From: Pseudomonadota bacterium
GTDB lineage: Bacteria > Pseudomonadota > Gammaproteobacteria > Steroidobacterales > SZUA-146
Assembly (NCBI GenBank): GCA_039028935.1
Contig: JBCCHD010000018.1
Location: 7,222 to 71,221, forward strand
Reading direction: 5' to 3'
Length of the DNA stretch: 64,000 nucleotides
The translations under genes and the position numbers were made by a program. This document shows, one piece after another, positions 47,098 through 56,226 of this stretch. The notes below the pieces were generated by a model. That model ran no database searches. It was given only the letters and a program-made list of their open reading frames with translations, and was not told the origin of the DNA. How positions within the stretch are numbered: the stretch's first letter is position 1; every line of letters begins with the position of its first letter.

Positions 47098-48482
47098 AAT
47101 CCGTCCCGAGCCATGGCAAGCGCTTGCCTCAAAATGTTGGACTTGTGGAGCACCTCTTCGTATTCGAGCCGCGGGACACTATCGGCCACAATGCCAGCGC
47201 CGGCTTGAAATCGATAGCGACCATTGTGAAACACCATAGTGCGAATCGCGATGGCCTGATCAAGATTGCCATCGTGATCGAAGTACCCCACGGTGCCGGC
47301 GTAGAAGTCGCGTCGCACCGGCTCGGCCTCCTCGATGAGCTCCATGGCTCGCACTTTGGGTGCGCCGACCAAGGTACCGGCGGGAAACGCCGCCGCAAAC
47401 AAGTCAAACGCATCGTGCCCATCTTCCACCTCACCCTGCACACCGCTCACAAGGTGCATCACGTGGCTGTATCGCTCAATTGACCGATACGGCTCGACTT
47501 TGATACTGCCAGGGATCGCCACGCGCCCTAGGTCATTACGCGCCAGATCTACCAGCATGACATGTTCGGCATTTTCTTTCGGGTCGTTGAGAAGCGACTG
47601 TTCCAGCGCTTTGTCATTCTCCGGATCGTCGTCGCGCGGTCGTGTTCCGGCGATGGGTCGCAGTGATGCGGTGCCGTGCTGCAATCGCACCAGCGCCTCG
47701 GGAGAAGAGCCCACGACCTGTGCATCGCCCAAATCGACGAAATACATATAGGGAGACGGATTGAGCAGGCGCAGCGCGCGATAGGCGGTAAAGGGATCAA
47801 TGCTCGTCGCCCCCGAAAAACACACGGATAGCACCAACTGAAACACTTCGCCCGCCGCGATCTGTTCCTGAGCCCAGCGCACCTTGGATTCAAATTCCGC
47901 CTGCGACATGCTCGCTTCGGGTGCCGAAAAATCAGCGTCTGCCGGTTGACTGGGCACCGCCGGCCCACGTAGCGCCGCAATCACGTTATTGCGTAGCGCC
48001 TGCCGTGTTGCGTCACTACCGGCATGCAGCAGCGCCGCCCGTCGAGAAAGATGGTCAAACACCAATAAAGAGGCGGGCGCGACAAAGGCGGCTTCAGGCA
48101 AATCGGTGTCACCGCGCGTCTGATCGGGCAGGCGCTCGAAGTAGCGCACAATGTCGTAGCCCAGCACGCCGACCAAACCGCCGCAAAAAGGCAACTCATC
48201 GAGTTCCGGCTCGAGCTTGGGCGAGAGCGTTAGAAGCGCGCGAAGTTCATCAAGTAGGGCATCGCGTGTCGCGGGACGATCCTTGCGCGTACCGTTCACC
48301 ACCAGCCCGTCAGCGGTTAGCCTGGCCTCCAAACCGTCGCCGAAACCAATGAACGAGTAGCGCCCGAGCACCGTGCCGTGTTCGACACTCTCGAGCAAGA
48401 AACGCGGGCGAAACGCCGCCAGTTTCAAAAACGCCGAAACCGGTGTATCGAGATCGGCAGGAATATCGAAAAGTGGATGCAT
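47094..48482 (-). CDS. trpE: Anthranilate synthase component I
   Basis: LLESVE...SPYMYF...LRPIAGTRPRG-like (IAGTRPRDDD)...GAPKVRAMELIEE..EP..R..YAG.VGYF. Confidence 0.92.
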   Translation of the reverse strand: MHPLFDIPADLDTPVSAFLKLAAFRPRFLLESVEHGTVLGRYSFIGFGDGLEARLTADGLVVNGTRKDRPATRDALLDELRALLTLSPKLEPELDELPFCGGLVGVLGYDIVRYFERLPDQTRGDTDLPEAAFVAPASLLVFDHLSRRAALLHAGSDATRQALRNNVIAALRGPAVPSQPADADFSAPEASMSQAEFESKVRWAQEQIAAGEVFQLVLSVCFSGATSIDPFTAYRALRLLNPSPYMYFVDLGDAQVVGSSPEALVRLQHGTASLRPIAGTRPRDDDPENDKALEQSLLNDPKENAEHVMLVDLARNDLGRVAIPGSIKVEPYRSIERYSHVMHLVSGVQGEVEDGHDAFDLFAAAFPAGTLVGAPKVRAMELIEEAEPVRRDFYAGTVGYFDHDGNLDQAIAIRTMVFHNGRYRFQAGAGIVADSVPRLEYEEVLHKSNILRQALAMARDGL

Positions 48483-48543
48483 GTGGTCTCGTTTTTGCCC
48501 TTATTCAGCGTTCGAGCGGGAAGTCACCCGTTCGGCCTGCCAT

Positions 48544-48580
48544 AAAAAAACCCGCCCTTCTCGAAAAAAAGGGCGGGTTT
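48544..48580 (-). terminator. trp attenuator (rho-independent terminator in the trpE leader)
   Basis: The - strand reads CCCGCCCTT-tttttcgag-AAGGGCGGG followed by T7. It lies 20-odd nt after the leader-peptide stop and ~60 nt before the trpE ATG. Confidence 0.75.
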
Positions 48581-48603
48581 GACGTTGTCTACAATTCAGC
48601 GTG

Positions 48604-48672
48604 TTACAACGCGCCCGCAAGCGGTTTCCACCACCAGGTTGTGTTGCGAAGGGTTGAATTGGTCGTTCTCAT
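48604..48672 (-). CDS. trpL: trp operon leader peptide (22 aa, three consecutive Trp codons)
   Basis: The - strand reads ATG AGA ACG ACC AAT TCA ACC CTT CGC AAC ACA ACC TGG TGG TGG AAA CCG CTT GCG GGC GCG TTG TAA, which translates to MRTTNSTLRNTTWWWKPLAGAL*. It is too short for the ORF track. Confidence 0.75.
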   Translation of the reverse strand: MRTTNSTLRNTTWWWKPLAGAL

Positions 48673-48740
48673 GATGACTTTGTTTTACGTCATTTACCGC
48701 AAAGCGTCAAGCCAACATAACCGCGACGTGTCGGCGACGA

Positions 48741-50600
48741 CTAAAGATTGCGTTCGACATAATCGTCAACAAACTCCTCGAGCACCGACAGCGGCAATGG
48801 ACCTTGGCGCAGCACCACGTCGTGAAACTCCCGGATATCGAAGCGATCACCCAGCCGCTCTTTCGCATCGGCCCGTAATTCGAGAATGCGGATCATGCCC
48901 ACTTTGTACGCGGTGGCCTGAGACGGCATAACGATATAGCGCTCAATGGCCTTCACCACGTCTTCGGTGGGATTTGGCGTATTGGTGCTCAGGTACTCAA
49001 TCGCCTCCTCGCGTGTCCACTTTTTGTCATGAATGCCGGTGTCCACCACCAGGCGGCAGGCGCGCCATAACTCCATCGCAAGCCGGCCAAAGTCGGAATA
49101 CGGATCCTGGTAAAAACCCATTTCTTTGGGAATGTACTCTGAATAGAGTCCCCAGCCCTCGGTGTAGGCCGTGTAGCGACCGTACTTGCGAAACTTGGGC
49201 ACACCCTCGAGCTCTTGCGCGATCGCGATCTGCATGTGATGACCGGGTATACCTTCATGGTAAGCAAGCGCCTCCATTTGATAAACGGGCATACTCGACA
49301 TCTTGTACAAGTTGGCATAATAGGTGCCGGGTCGGGAGCCATCGGGCGCCGGCTGCTGATAGAACGCCTTGCCGGCCGATTTTTCACGGAACGCTTCCAC
49401 CGCTTTGACCACCAGATCCGCTTTGGGCTTGGTAATAAAGATCGAATCCAGTTCCCCTTTCATCGTATCGATCATGGCCGTCGCCTCATCGAGATAGCGC
49501 TGCTTTCCATCAGCGGTTTCATCGTAATAAAACCGCGAATCAGTACGAGTGAATTCGAAGAAGTCTTGCAATGTGCCGTCGAAGCCGACTTTGCGCATGA
49601 TGGCGCGCATCTCATCATGGATACGGGCGACTTCCGCCAATCCCAGATCATGAATGTCTTCGGCACTCATATCGGTCGTCGTCGTGTCGCGTAACGCCAT
49701 AGCGTAAAACGCATCGCCCTCGGGCAATTTCCAAGCGCCGTCGTCCGTGGTCGCGCGGGTTTCCATATCCACAAGTTGCGCCCGAAGCTTAAGAAACGCG
49801 GGCTTGAAGCTGGTCAACAGCGCTGAGTGCGCTTGGGCGATGAGCGCGTCTTTTTGCGGCTGTTCAATGTCGAGCCCATTCACCTTGCCTTTAAAGTCGG
49901 TGTACAGCGCGCTGTCTTCGGATGCGTCGGCCTCAAAGGGTTGCCCAGACAGTACATTGTCGATGTCATTGATGGTGTAGGGATACACAAACTTGGGCGC
50001 CATGATGCCCTTTTTCTCTCGAATCTGAAGGCTCTCGATTACTTGGGCCACATTGCCCTCCACACCGTGCAGGCGCGAAATATACGCTTCCGCGTCAGCC
50101 ACCTCACTCACGCGATGAATGTTGATCAAGAACGAGGGAATACCCGACTGGGCACCGAACATCTGATTCACCGGATAGGAATGAAAGCGATATTTAAAGC
50201 GGCGAATTTGACGTTCTGACTGTTCTTCGAACAGCCGATAGCTGACTTTGGCCTGCTCATCGAGCGCGTCGTAATCGATGGTCTCTCGCAGCTCCTTAAG
50301 CGCCGCTTTGGTTATCGCTAATTCCTTCTGGGCGTTCTCGTCGGAGTTATCATTCCACTTGTCTTGGTCTTTCTTGATACCTAGATAGCTCTGATAGGTC
50401 GGGCTACGCATGACCGCTTCGTTAAAGATTCGCTCGAAAAAGGCGTTCGCGCGCTCACTTTCGGTTTGCACCGCCTCTTTGGTTTCCATCACCGGCTCGG
50501 ACTCGGCCGGCGCACTTGAGCAGCCGACCAACAGACCCGCCAATACCATCAGTCCCAGAAACTTCTTCACGTCTGACTCCTTTCGATTCGCTTGGCGCAA
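48741..50600 (-). CDS. DUF885-family lipoprotein (putative metallopeptidase-like)
   Basis: Signal peptide with lipobox LLVGCSS. YHEGIPGHHMQIA (the DUF885 HExxxGHH-type motif). The true start may be the internal VKKF... codon. Confidence 0.75.
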   Translation of the reverse strand: MRQANRKESDVKKFLGLMVLAGLLVGCSSAPAESEPVMETKEAVQTESERANAFFERIFNEAVMRSPTYQSYLGIKKDQDKWNDNSDENAQKELAITKAALKELRETIDYDALDEQAKVSYRLFEEQSERQIRRFKYRFHSYPVNQMFGAQSGIPSFLINIHRVSEVADAEAYISRLHGVEGNVAQVIESLQIREKKGIMAPKFVYPYTINDIDNVLSGQPFEADASEDSALYTDFKGKVNGLDIEQPQKDALIAQAHSALLTSFKPAFLKLRAQLVDMETRATTDDGAWKLPEGDAFYAMALRDTTTTDMSAEDIHDLGLAEVARIHDEMRAIMRKVGFDGTLQDFFEFTRTDSRFYYDETADGKQRYLDEATAMIDTMKGELDSIFITKPKADLVVKAVEAFREKSAGKAFYQQPAPDGSRPGTYYANLYKMSSMPVYQMEALAYHEGIPGHHMQIAIAQELEGVPKFRKYGRYTAYTEGWGLYSEYIPKEMGFYQDPYSDFGRLAMELWRACRLVVDTGIHDKKWTREEAIEYLSTNTPNPTEDVVKAIERYIVMPSQATAYKVGMIRILELRADAKERLGDRFDIREFHDVVLRQGPLPLSVLEEFVDDYVERNL

Positions 50601-50607
50601 ACCGACC

Positions 50608-52467
50608 TTACGACACGCCGTACATCAACGGCAGCAAAATGGAAAACGCGGCCCACATGACCAAGGTCAATGGGATACCCACCCGCAAAAAATCACTAAA
50701 CTTATAACCACCCGCACTCATAACCAGCAGATTCGTCTGATAGCCCATCGGGGTTGCAAAACTCATGTTGGCACCAAACAGCACGGCGAGAAAAAACGGC
50801 TCGGCCGGCGCGCCCAGTTGCTGCGCGACGCTCAGGGCAATGGGCGTGCCAATACCCGCGGCGGCGGCGTTGGACACCATATTCGTCAATATGGCCATCA
50901 CCAGCATCAACCCGCTCATGATTACTGGTGTGGGCATCCCCTGTGTCGACGCCACGAATACCTGGGCAATATACTCGGCCCCGCCCGTGCGAAGCAGCGC
51001 CAGTGACAGCGCAAGACTAGTAACGATAATCATAATTACCGGCGCACTCAGTGACGAGAGTAAGCTGTTCCAGTTCATCGTACGAGTTACGACCAAGAGC
51101 GACACACCCACCAGAGCACTGACCACAATCGGTAGCAAACCAAACGCCGCGGTGCCGATTACAAAGGCCGAAATGAACAGGGCACGTTTGGCCATTTTCG
51201 AATCGGGAAGACTCACTTTGCCCGACAACACCAACATCGCCCCACCCTGACGTAGATCGCGAATACTGTCTTCGGTTCCCTGCACGAGAATCACGTCGCC
51301 AGAGCGCAGACGCACATCGCCGATATCACCATCCGAATCAACCTCATCGGACTTCGCGCGATGAATCGCAAGAGGAACAAGGTTATAGCGCTGCACAAAT
51401 TTGACCGAGTTCAGCGTGCGGTGATGGAGTAATGAGCCACGAGTGACCACCACTTCCGCGAGCGCCTGGCCTTCGGCCGTCAGCGGATGGGCCTCATCCA
51501 CCGGAAATTCCTCGTCGCTGCCGCTGTCGGTATAAAGCGTGAGGCCAAGCGCTTCCTCAAACTCTTTTAACTGCTCCGGACGATCTTTCACATACAGCAA
51601 GTCACCTACCTGAACATTGACCGACGGCAGCTTGGTAATAAAGAGCCCCTCGCCAAACAGACCCTTACCCCGTTGAATACGGGTCACCTGCATCCGGTTG
51701 CCGGTTTTAGCGAGCACCTCGGACAGCGTTTTGCCCACCAGGAAACTGCCCTCGGTGACGCGGAAAGTCGCGTTGAATACTCGCGGAGACGTGTCGTTCA
51801 TGGGCGGCGTGCGCTCGGGCAATAGCTTGGGCGCAACAAGCCACAAGAACAAGATACCCACCACGCCGGCGATCATCACCGGCACGGTAAAGTGAAACAG
51901 CCCATTGATGGTAAGGCCCAAATCCGCCGCAATATCGACGGCCATGAGGTTGGTTGAGGTACCGATAGTGGTCGCCATGCCGCCAATAATGGTGGCCAGG
52001 CCCATTGGCATGAGCATACCGGTCGGCGATTGATGGGTGCGCAGCGCAGCGGCCACCAATACCGGCAGCAACATCACTACGATCGGCGTGTTATTGAGAA
52101 ACGCACTGGCAAACGCGGAAATCACCAGTGTGAGCAACATGGTGGTTTTGGGTCGGCGTTTCCAACCGGATGACATGAGCAACACGATGGAGCGCAAGGC
52201 GCCGGTTTCCTCCAGCGACTTACCCACGATCATGAGTGCGGCAATCGCGATAACCGCTTGGTTGCCAAAAAATTGGAAAAAGTCGCTGACGTCGATGTAC
52301 GCGCCATTCTCGTTTTCGTAAGGCACCACAAAAAAGACGATAACGAGTGCCGCCAAAATAATCAGGCACGACGTTTCCAGCGGAATGCGGTCGCGTGAAA
52401 AAAGCAACAGCGCAACCAGCGTCAGCACCATCGCAAAGATGGCGTGCGGATCAGGTAATGGTGGCAA
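50608..52467 (-). CDS. SLC13/DASS-family permease with two central TrkA-C domains
   Basis: Transmembrane bundles at the N- and C-termini flank two RCK_C-like segments (VTRIQRG...VGDLLYVKDRPEQLKEFEE and IHRAKS...LRSGDVILVQGTEDSIRDL). Confidence 0.8.
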   Translation of the reverse strand: MPPLPDPHAIFAMVLTLVALLLFSRDRIPLETSCLIILAALVIVFFVVPYENENGAYIDVSDFFQFFGNQAVIAIAALMIVGKSLEETGALRSIVLLMSSGWKRRPKTTMLLTLVISAFASAFLNNTPIVVMLLPVLVAAALRTHQSPTGMLMPMGLATIIGGMATTIGTSTNLMAVDIAADLGLTINGLFHFTVPVMIAGVVGILFLWLVAPKLLPERTPPMNDTSPRVFNATFRVTEGSFLVGKTLSEVLAKTGNRMQVTRIQRGKGLFGEGLFITKLPSVNVQVGDLLYVKDRPEQLKEFEEALGLTLYTDSGSDEEFPVDEAHPLTAEGQALAEVVVTRGSLLHHRTLNSVKFVQRYNLVPLAIHRAKSDEVDSDGDIGDVRLRSGDVILVQGTEDSIRDLRQGGAMLVLSGKVSLPDSKMAKRALFISAFVIGTAAFGLLPIVVSALVGVSLLVVTRTMNWNSLLSSLSAPVIMIIVTSLALSLALLRTGGAEYIAQVFVASTQGMPTPVIMSGLMLVMAILTNMVSNAAAAGIGTPIALSVAQQLGAPAEPFFLAVLFGANMSFATPMGYQTNLLVMSAGGYKFSDFLRVGIPLTLVMWAAFSILLPLMYGVS

Positions 52468-52742
52468 GCGTACCTCGGCAGTGGCCGCGCACCTGCGGCG
52501 CGCGAGAGCAAGTAGGTTAGCTCAAAACCCTCAGCCAAACAGCACCCACACACAACATCATTTGGCTAAGTGATTGCGATACTTAGAAATTGCTGTTTTT
52601 GGCGTTGTAGCGAATGCGCCTCACACGACGTGATTCGGCGACTTGACGCGTGGGGTTAATTTTGTCTGAGGTGCCGGCGAGTCGCTGAACCCGATGGGCA
52701 ACAAAGACGGATTAATCTCAATTCGACCGCTCACGGTTTCGC

Positions 52743-53309
52743 CTACACCGCCTGACCATACGCTGACTGTTTGATTCGGCAACACGGGCACACCCGCGGC
52801 GTTAACGACAACCTGTCATGTGCAAATAGACCGCCGCAGCGCTGGCACGAATGCAGCTCAAGTTCGTCACCGGACTGTAGCGCGTCACACAAGGCCCAGG
52901 CACGTTCGAAACAAAACGCCGGGGATTGGCATATGGCCACATACATCGCATAGGCGCGACAAAAGCGTGTGCCGTAGGCAATACCTCGCGTTGCCATGAG
53001 GGGCGCGCGGTGCGAGTGCTCCGGCAGCAAACCAAATTGCACAAACAAACTGGCCAATGTCGCGCTTTGCCGCTGGGTCTCGAGATTTTTCATGAACATC
53101 GTGATCTTACTGGGCGATTTGCCGCGCTGTCGCCGGACGGTCTTGCCACGCGCGTCTTTAAAATAAGTGCTGTACAGACGCCGAATTCGGTCGTCGGATA
53201 ATCCGGTGCACCCGCGAATGGTGTGGGTGCGAGCTTCGTAGGCGATCATTTGCAAGGCCAGTTCGATTTGACCTTTTTCCCGAAGATAGCGAGTAGATGT
53301 CGTGCTCAT
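52743..53309 (-). CDS. FlhC-family transcriptional regulator homologue (orphan; no flhD upstream)
   Basis: From ATG 53309: ...IELALQMIAYEARTHTIRGCTGLSDDRIRRLY...RGKSPSK...FERAWALCDALQSGDELELHSCQRCGGLFAHDRLSLTPRVCPCC. This is collinear with E. coli FlhC (IQLAMELITLGAR...LIKLY...RGSPPPKG...TRAWTLVRF...SCNCCGGNFITH...CSLC), including the four-Cys zinc site. Confidence 0.72.
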   Translation of the reverse strand: MSTTSTRYLREKGQIELALQMIAYEARTHTIRGCTGLSDDRIRRLYSTYFKDARGKTVRRQRGKSPSKITMFMKNLETQRQSATLASLFVQFGLLPEHSHRAPLMATRGIAYGTRFCRAYAMYVAICQSPAFCFERAWALCDALQSGDELELHSCQRCGGLFAHDRLSLTPRVCPCCRIKQSAYGQAV

Positions 53310-53352
53310 TTTGGCTCCAAATATGATGCGTCGCAATATTTTCGGCACAGTT

Positions 53353-53372
53353 TTTGGTCCAAATGGACCAAA
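53353..53372. promoter_or_regulatory. Perfect 20-bp palindrome TTTGGTCCAAATGGACCAAA (copy 1), putative operator
   Basis: Read directly. The 9-bp arms TTTGGTCCA/TGGACCAAA are separated by AA. It lies 44 nt upstream of the flhC-like ATG. Confidence 0.65.
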
Positions 53373-53393
53373 CTTGAAGAATAACGTAGCATA

Positions 53394-53413
53394 TTTGGTC
53401 CAAATGGACCAAA
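53394..53413. promoter_or_regulatory. Perfect 20-bp palindrome TTTGGTCCAAATGGACCAAA (copy 2), putative operator
   Basis: Identical to copy 1, with 41 bp start-to-start spacing (about four helical turns). It sits in the divergent intergenic region. Confidence 0.65.
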
Positions 53414-53553
53414 CCACACTATTTCGGCAACTTAGAAAGAAAATTGGTCGTCGATCCCAAAGGCGTCAAATTTCGCGAAATTCGCCGATTTTAGGGCTGC
53501 CGTTTTCGCCGCACTCGCCACAATCTGGTCGACCCTTTGCACAGGAGCACACC

Positions 53554-54123
53554 ATGCCTTCATCCGACCACGATCAACTTTCCCGTCACCTTCTGCGAGA
53601 GCTGGCCAGTCTCAACTACCGCTTTATCTTGTTGCTCAACGAATTTGATCCAGCCCCTGACCAGCTCGGACTGAGCCCGCCCCTACATGAACGCCTGAGA
53701 CTGCTGGACGAATCCGACCGACGCCGGCTGGCGTCGTGCCCCTATGGGCTGTTCGATCTACGGCTCGATCAACCCGTCCAATGGCAGGCGTGGTTTGACC
53801 AAACGCCATCTCCACAGCCCGAAACGAGCGCGTCGACCTTCACGCTGGCCGCCCTACTGTACTCCCAACAACTGGCGGTGGAGAACATCGATCTTGGTCG
53901 ACTGCTGCTTGGCCTCTCACCCCGCGTGGCGGAACACTTTCGGCGCGCGAGCATCGGCCAACTCATGGACATTGCGCCCCTGGTCAGCCAACACCTCAAT
54001 GTGCGCTTGATTGATGATCCCAATTTTTGGCCGGACCTCGTCAATTTTGTGCGCGATGGAACCGACGAGCAGTACGTGGCCGCGCAAACATCGGCGATTC
54101 AGATTATGGCCGCGCAGCTTTGA
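53554..54123 (+). CDS. Hypothetical protein (189 aa) with an internal duplication resembling two FlhD-like domains
   Basis: ATG 53554 is preceded by AGGAG. Repeat A is LNYRFILLLNEF...LGLSPPLHERLRLLDESDRRRLASCPYGLFDLRL. Repeat B is LAALLYSQQLAVE...LGLSPRVAEHFRRASIGQLMDIAPLVSQHLNVRL. Each recalls FlhD (INLSYLLLAQRL...[34 protein letters not shown]). Confidence 0.5.
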   Translation: MPSSDHDQLSRHLLRELASLNYRFILLLNEFDPAPDQLGLSPPLHERLRLLDESDRRRLASCPYGLFDLRLDQPVQWQAWFDQTPSPQPETSASTFTLAALLYSQQLAVENIDLGRLLLGLSPRVAEHFRRASIGQLMDIAPLVSQHLNVRLIDDPNFWPDLVNFVRDGTDEQYVAAQTSAIQIMAAQL

Positions 54124-54138
54124 TGCGCGATCGCACAA

Positions 54139-55176
54139 TCAGGTCTTGGGAAAACGACCGCGAATAATCCGAGCAAACAGTTCTGTGTCGACGTTGCCAC
54201 CGCTGAGCATCACGCCAACGCGCTGCCCGGACGGCAGTGTGTTGGACAGCGCGGCCGCGACGCCGAGCGCGCCGGAGGGCTCGATCACGATGTTCATGCG
54301 CTCGAACAGAAAATGCACGGCCTGCGCGATGGCCGCTTCACTGACCGTGACGATGTCGCTGACCAACTCTTGAATGAGCGGAAAATTCCGCTGTCCGAGC
54401 GCGGGCGTGCGGGTACCGTCCGCAATTGTGTCGACTGAGTCGCGCCGAATAATCCGTCCCGCTCGAAATGACTGCGCTGCGTCATCCGCGTTCTCGGGCT
54501 CGACGCCGATGATGTGCGTGCGCGGTGACACAAAGTGGGTGGCCACCGCGGAGCCCGCCAGCAATCCGCCACCCCCGACGGGCACTAAAAGAAGGTCCAG
54601 TGGAGGCGGCTCTTGTTCCATCTCAGCGACCTGCTCATGAAGCTCCAGCGCAGCCGTACCCTGTCCGGCGATGACATCATAATGATCAAACGGCGGAATT
54701 AACGTCGCGTCAGACGCTTGGGGTAGTGACGCGGCGACCTCTTCGCGCGTCGACGCCACCGGATCAAAGGTGACCACATCGGCACCGTACGCGCGTGTCG
54801 CCGCGAGTTTGGCCGGCGGCGCATTGATGGGCATCACCACCGTCACCGGCACCTTGAGAAGCCGAGCGGCCAGTGCCATCGCCTGCGCGTGATTGCCCGA
54901 CGAATAGGTTAGCACCCCGCGTTGACGCTCCTCGTCACTGAGCGCCGACAACGCGTTGTACGCCCCTCGAAACTTAAATGCTCCGACGCGTTGAAACGCC
55001 TCACACTTTAGCCACAGTCGGCGATCTGTCCGGGCATTGAGGGTGGCGCTTGTGAGCACCGCCGTGCGATGCGCCACGCCGGCCAATCGTGCGGCGGCGG
55101 TTTCGACCCGTTCGAACACTTGGCCCGCGCTCAACAGCATTGCCATGTCCGTCTGGTTTTGATCGATGGATGACAT
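54139..55176 (-). CDS. PLP-dependent threonine/serine dehydratase family protein
   Basis: [21 protein letters not shown] (PLP-Lys motif), [24 protein letters not shown]. Confidence 0.82.
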   Translation of the reverse strand: MSSIDQNQTDMAMLLSAGQVFERVETAAARLAGVAHRTAVLTSATLNARTDRRLWLKCEAFQRVGAFKFRGAYNALSALSDEERQRGVLTYSSGNHAQAMALAARLLKVPVTVVMPINAPPAKLAATRAYGADVVTFDPVASTREEVAASLPQASDATLIPPFDHYDVIAGQGTAALELHEQVAEMEQEPPPLDLLLVPVGGGGLLAGSAVATHFVSPRTHIIGVEPENADDAAQSFRAGRIIRRDSVDTIADGTRTPALGQRNFPLIQELVSDIVTVSEAAIAQAVHFLFERMNIVIEPSGALGVAAALSNTLPSGQRVGVMLSGGNVDTELFARIIRGRFPKT

Positions 55177-55348
55177 TCTCTACTTTCCGCTCTACCATTT
55201 CATGGCATCGGCAAAGCGCAAGTGGCTAAGCGTCGGGCATCCCGGGATGCCACACGCGTCACCCACTCAGCGCGCCTGCACACTCCAGCGCCACAGGCCT
55301 GCCGATTGGTGCCTGTCCACAGCCACTCAACGAGCTGCCGTTTATAGT

Positions 55349-55927
55349 ATGGCCAAAATGTACTTTTACTACTCGTCGATGAACGCCGGAAAGTCTACAG
55401 CGTTGCTCCAATCGAGTCACAACTATCGCGAACGCGGTATGAATACCCTTGTGCTCACCCCACTCATCGACGATCGCGACGGCGAGGGCGTAATCAAATC
55501 CCGAATCGGCCTCGAAGCCGACGCCATCTCCGTTGCGCCGGACGATGATGTGCTGCTCATCGTGCGCAAACATACGCTCTCCCAGCCCATTCACTGCGTT
55601 TTGGTTGATGAAGCCCAGTTTCTCAGCAAGAGCCAGGTCTACCAGCTGGGAGAAGTGTGCGATCGACTGAACATTCCGGTACTGGCTTATGGCCTGCGCA
55701 CCGACTTTCAGGGCGAGCTGTTTGAGGGCAGTCAATACCTGTTGGCATGGGCCGACAATCTCAACGAGATCAAAACCGTCTGTCATTGCGGCAAAAAGGC
55801 TACGATGGTCGTCCGCATGAATGAAGACGGTGATCCATTGCGAGAAGGCCAACAAGTTGAGATCGGTGGCAACGACCGCTACGTCTCCATGTGCCGTCAT
55901 CACTACAAAGAAACGCTGGGACTCTAG
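55349..55927 (+). CDS. tdk: Thymidine kinase
   Basis: From ATG 55349: [31 protein letters not shown]...VLVDEAQFL...[12 protein letters not shown]...YVSMCRHHY. Confidence 0.92.
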   Translation: MAKMYFYYSSMNAGKSTALLQSSHNYRERGMNTLVLTPLIDDRDGEGVIKSRIGLEADAISVAPDDDVLLIVRKHTLSQPIHCVLVDEAQFLSKSQVYQLGEVCDRLNIPVLAYGLRTDFQGELFEGSQYLLAWADNLNEIKTVCHCGKKATMVVRMNEDGDPLREGQQVEIGGNDRYVSMCRHHYKETLGL

Positions 55928-56226
55928 CCTCGCCACCGCACACGATTAGACGCTAATCCCCGCCCACCTTCACCTTAGCGCTCACCGCGAATAACCGTGC
56001 TGGTTGTCCAGACAGGTGGTTGTTTCGCGCGTGGCGATACCGACGCGAAAGCCCAATTGCGCGGATCTGATCGTTACAAAAATAACTGAATATTGTGATG
56101 CAACAATTCTTCGTTTCTTGTTATTCTCAACGGCCGTTCGCGGAGCAACCCATGGGTCGATACCGGACTGTGGGTAACGCCACGCGATGTGTTCGCTAAC
56201 CTAACCGAGTCTTTCCGGAGAACCTT

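Noticed and set aside
55940-56226. Possible SAM or other riboswitch in the 290-nt leader upstream of metY
   Set aside because: I could not find the conserved cores of SAM-I, SAM-II or SAM/SAH motifs by eye. A covariance-model search would be needed, so no feature is called.
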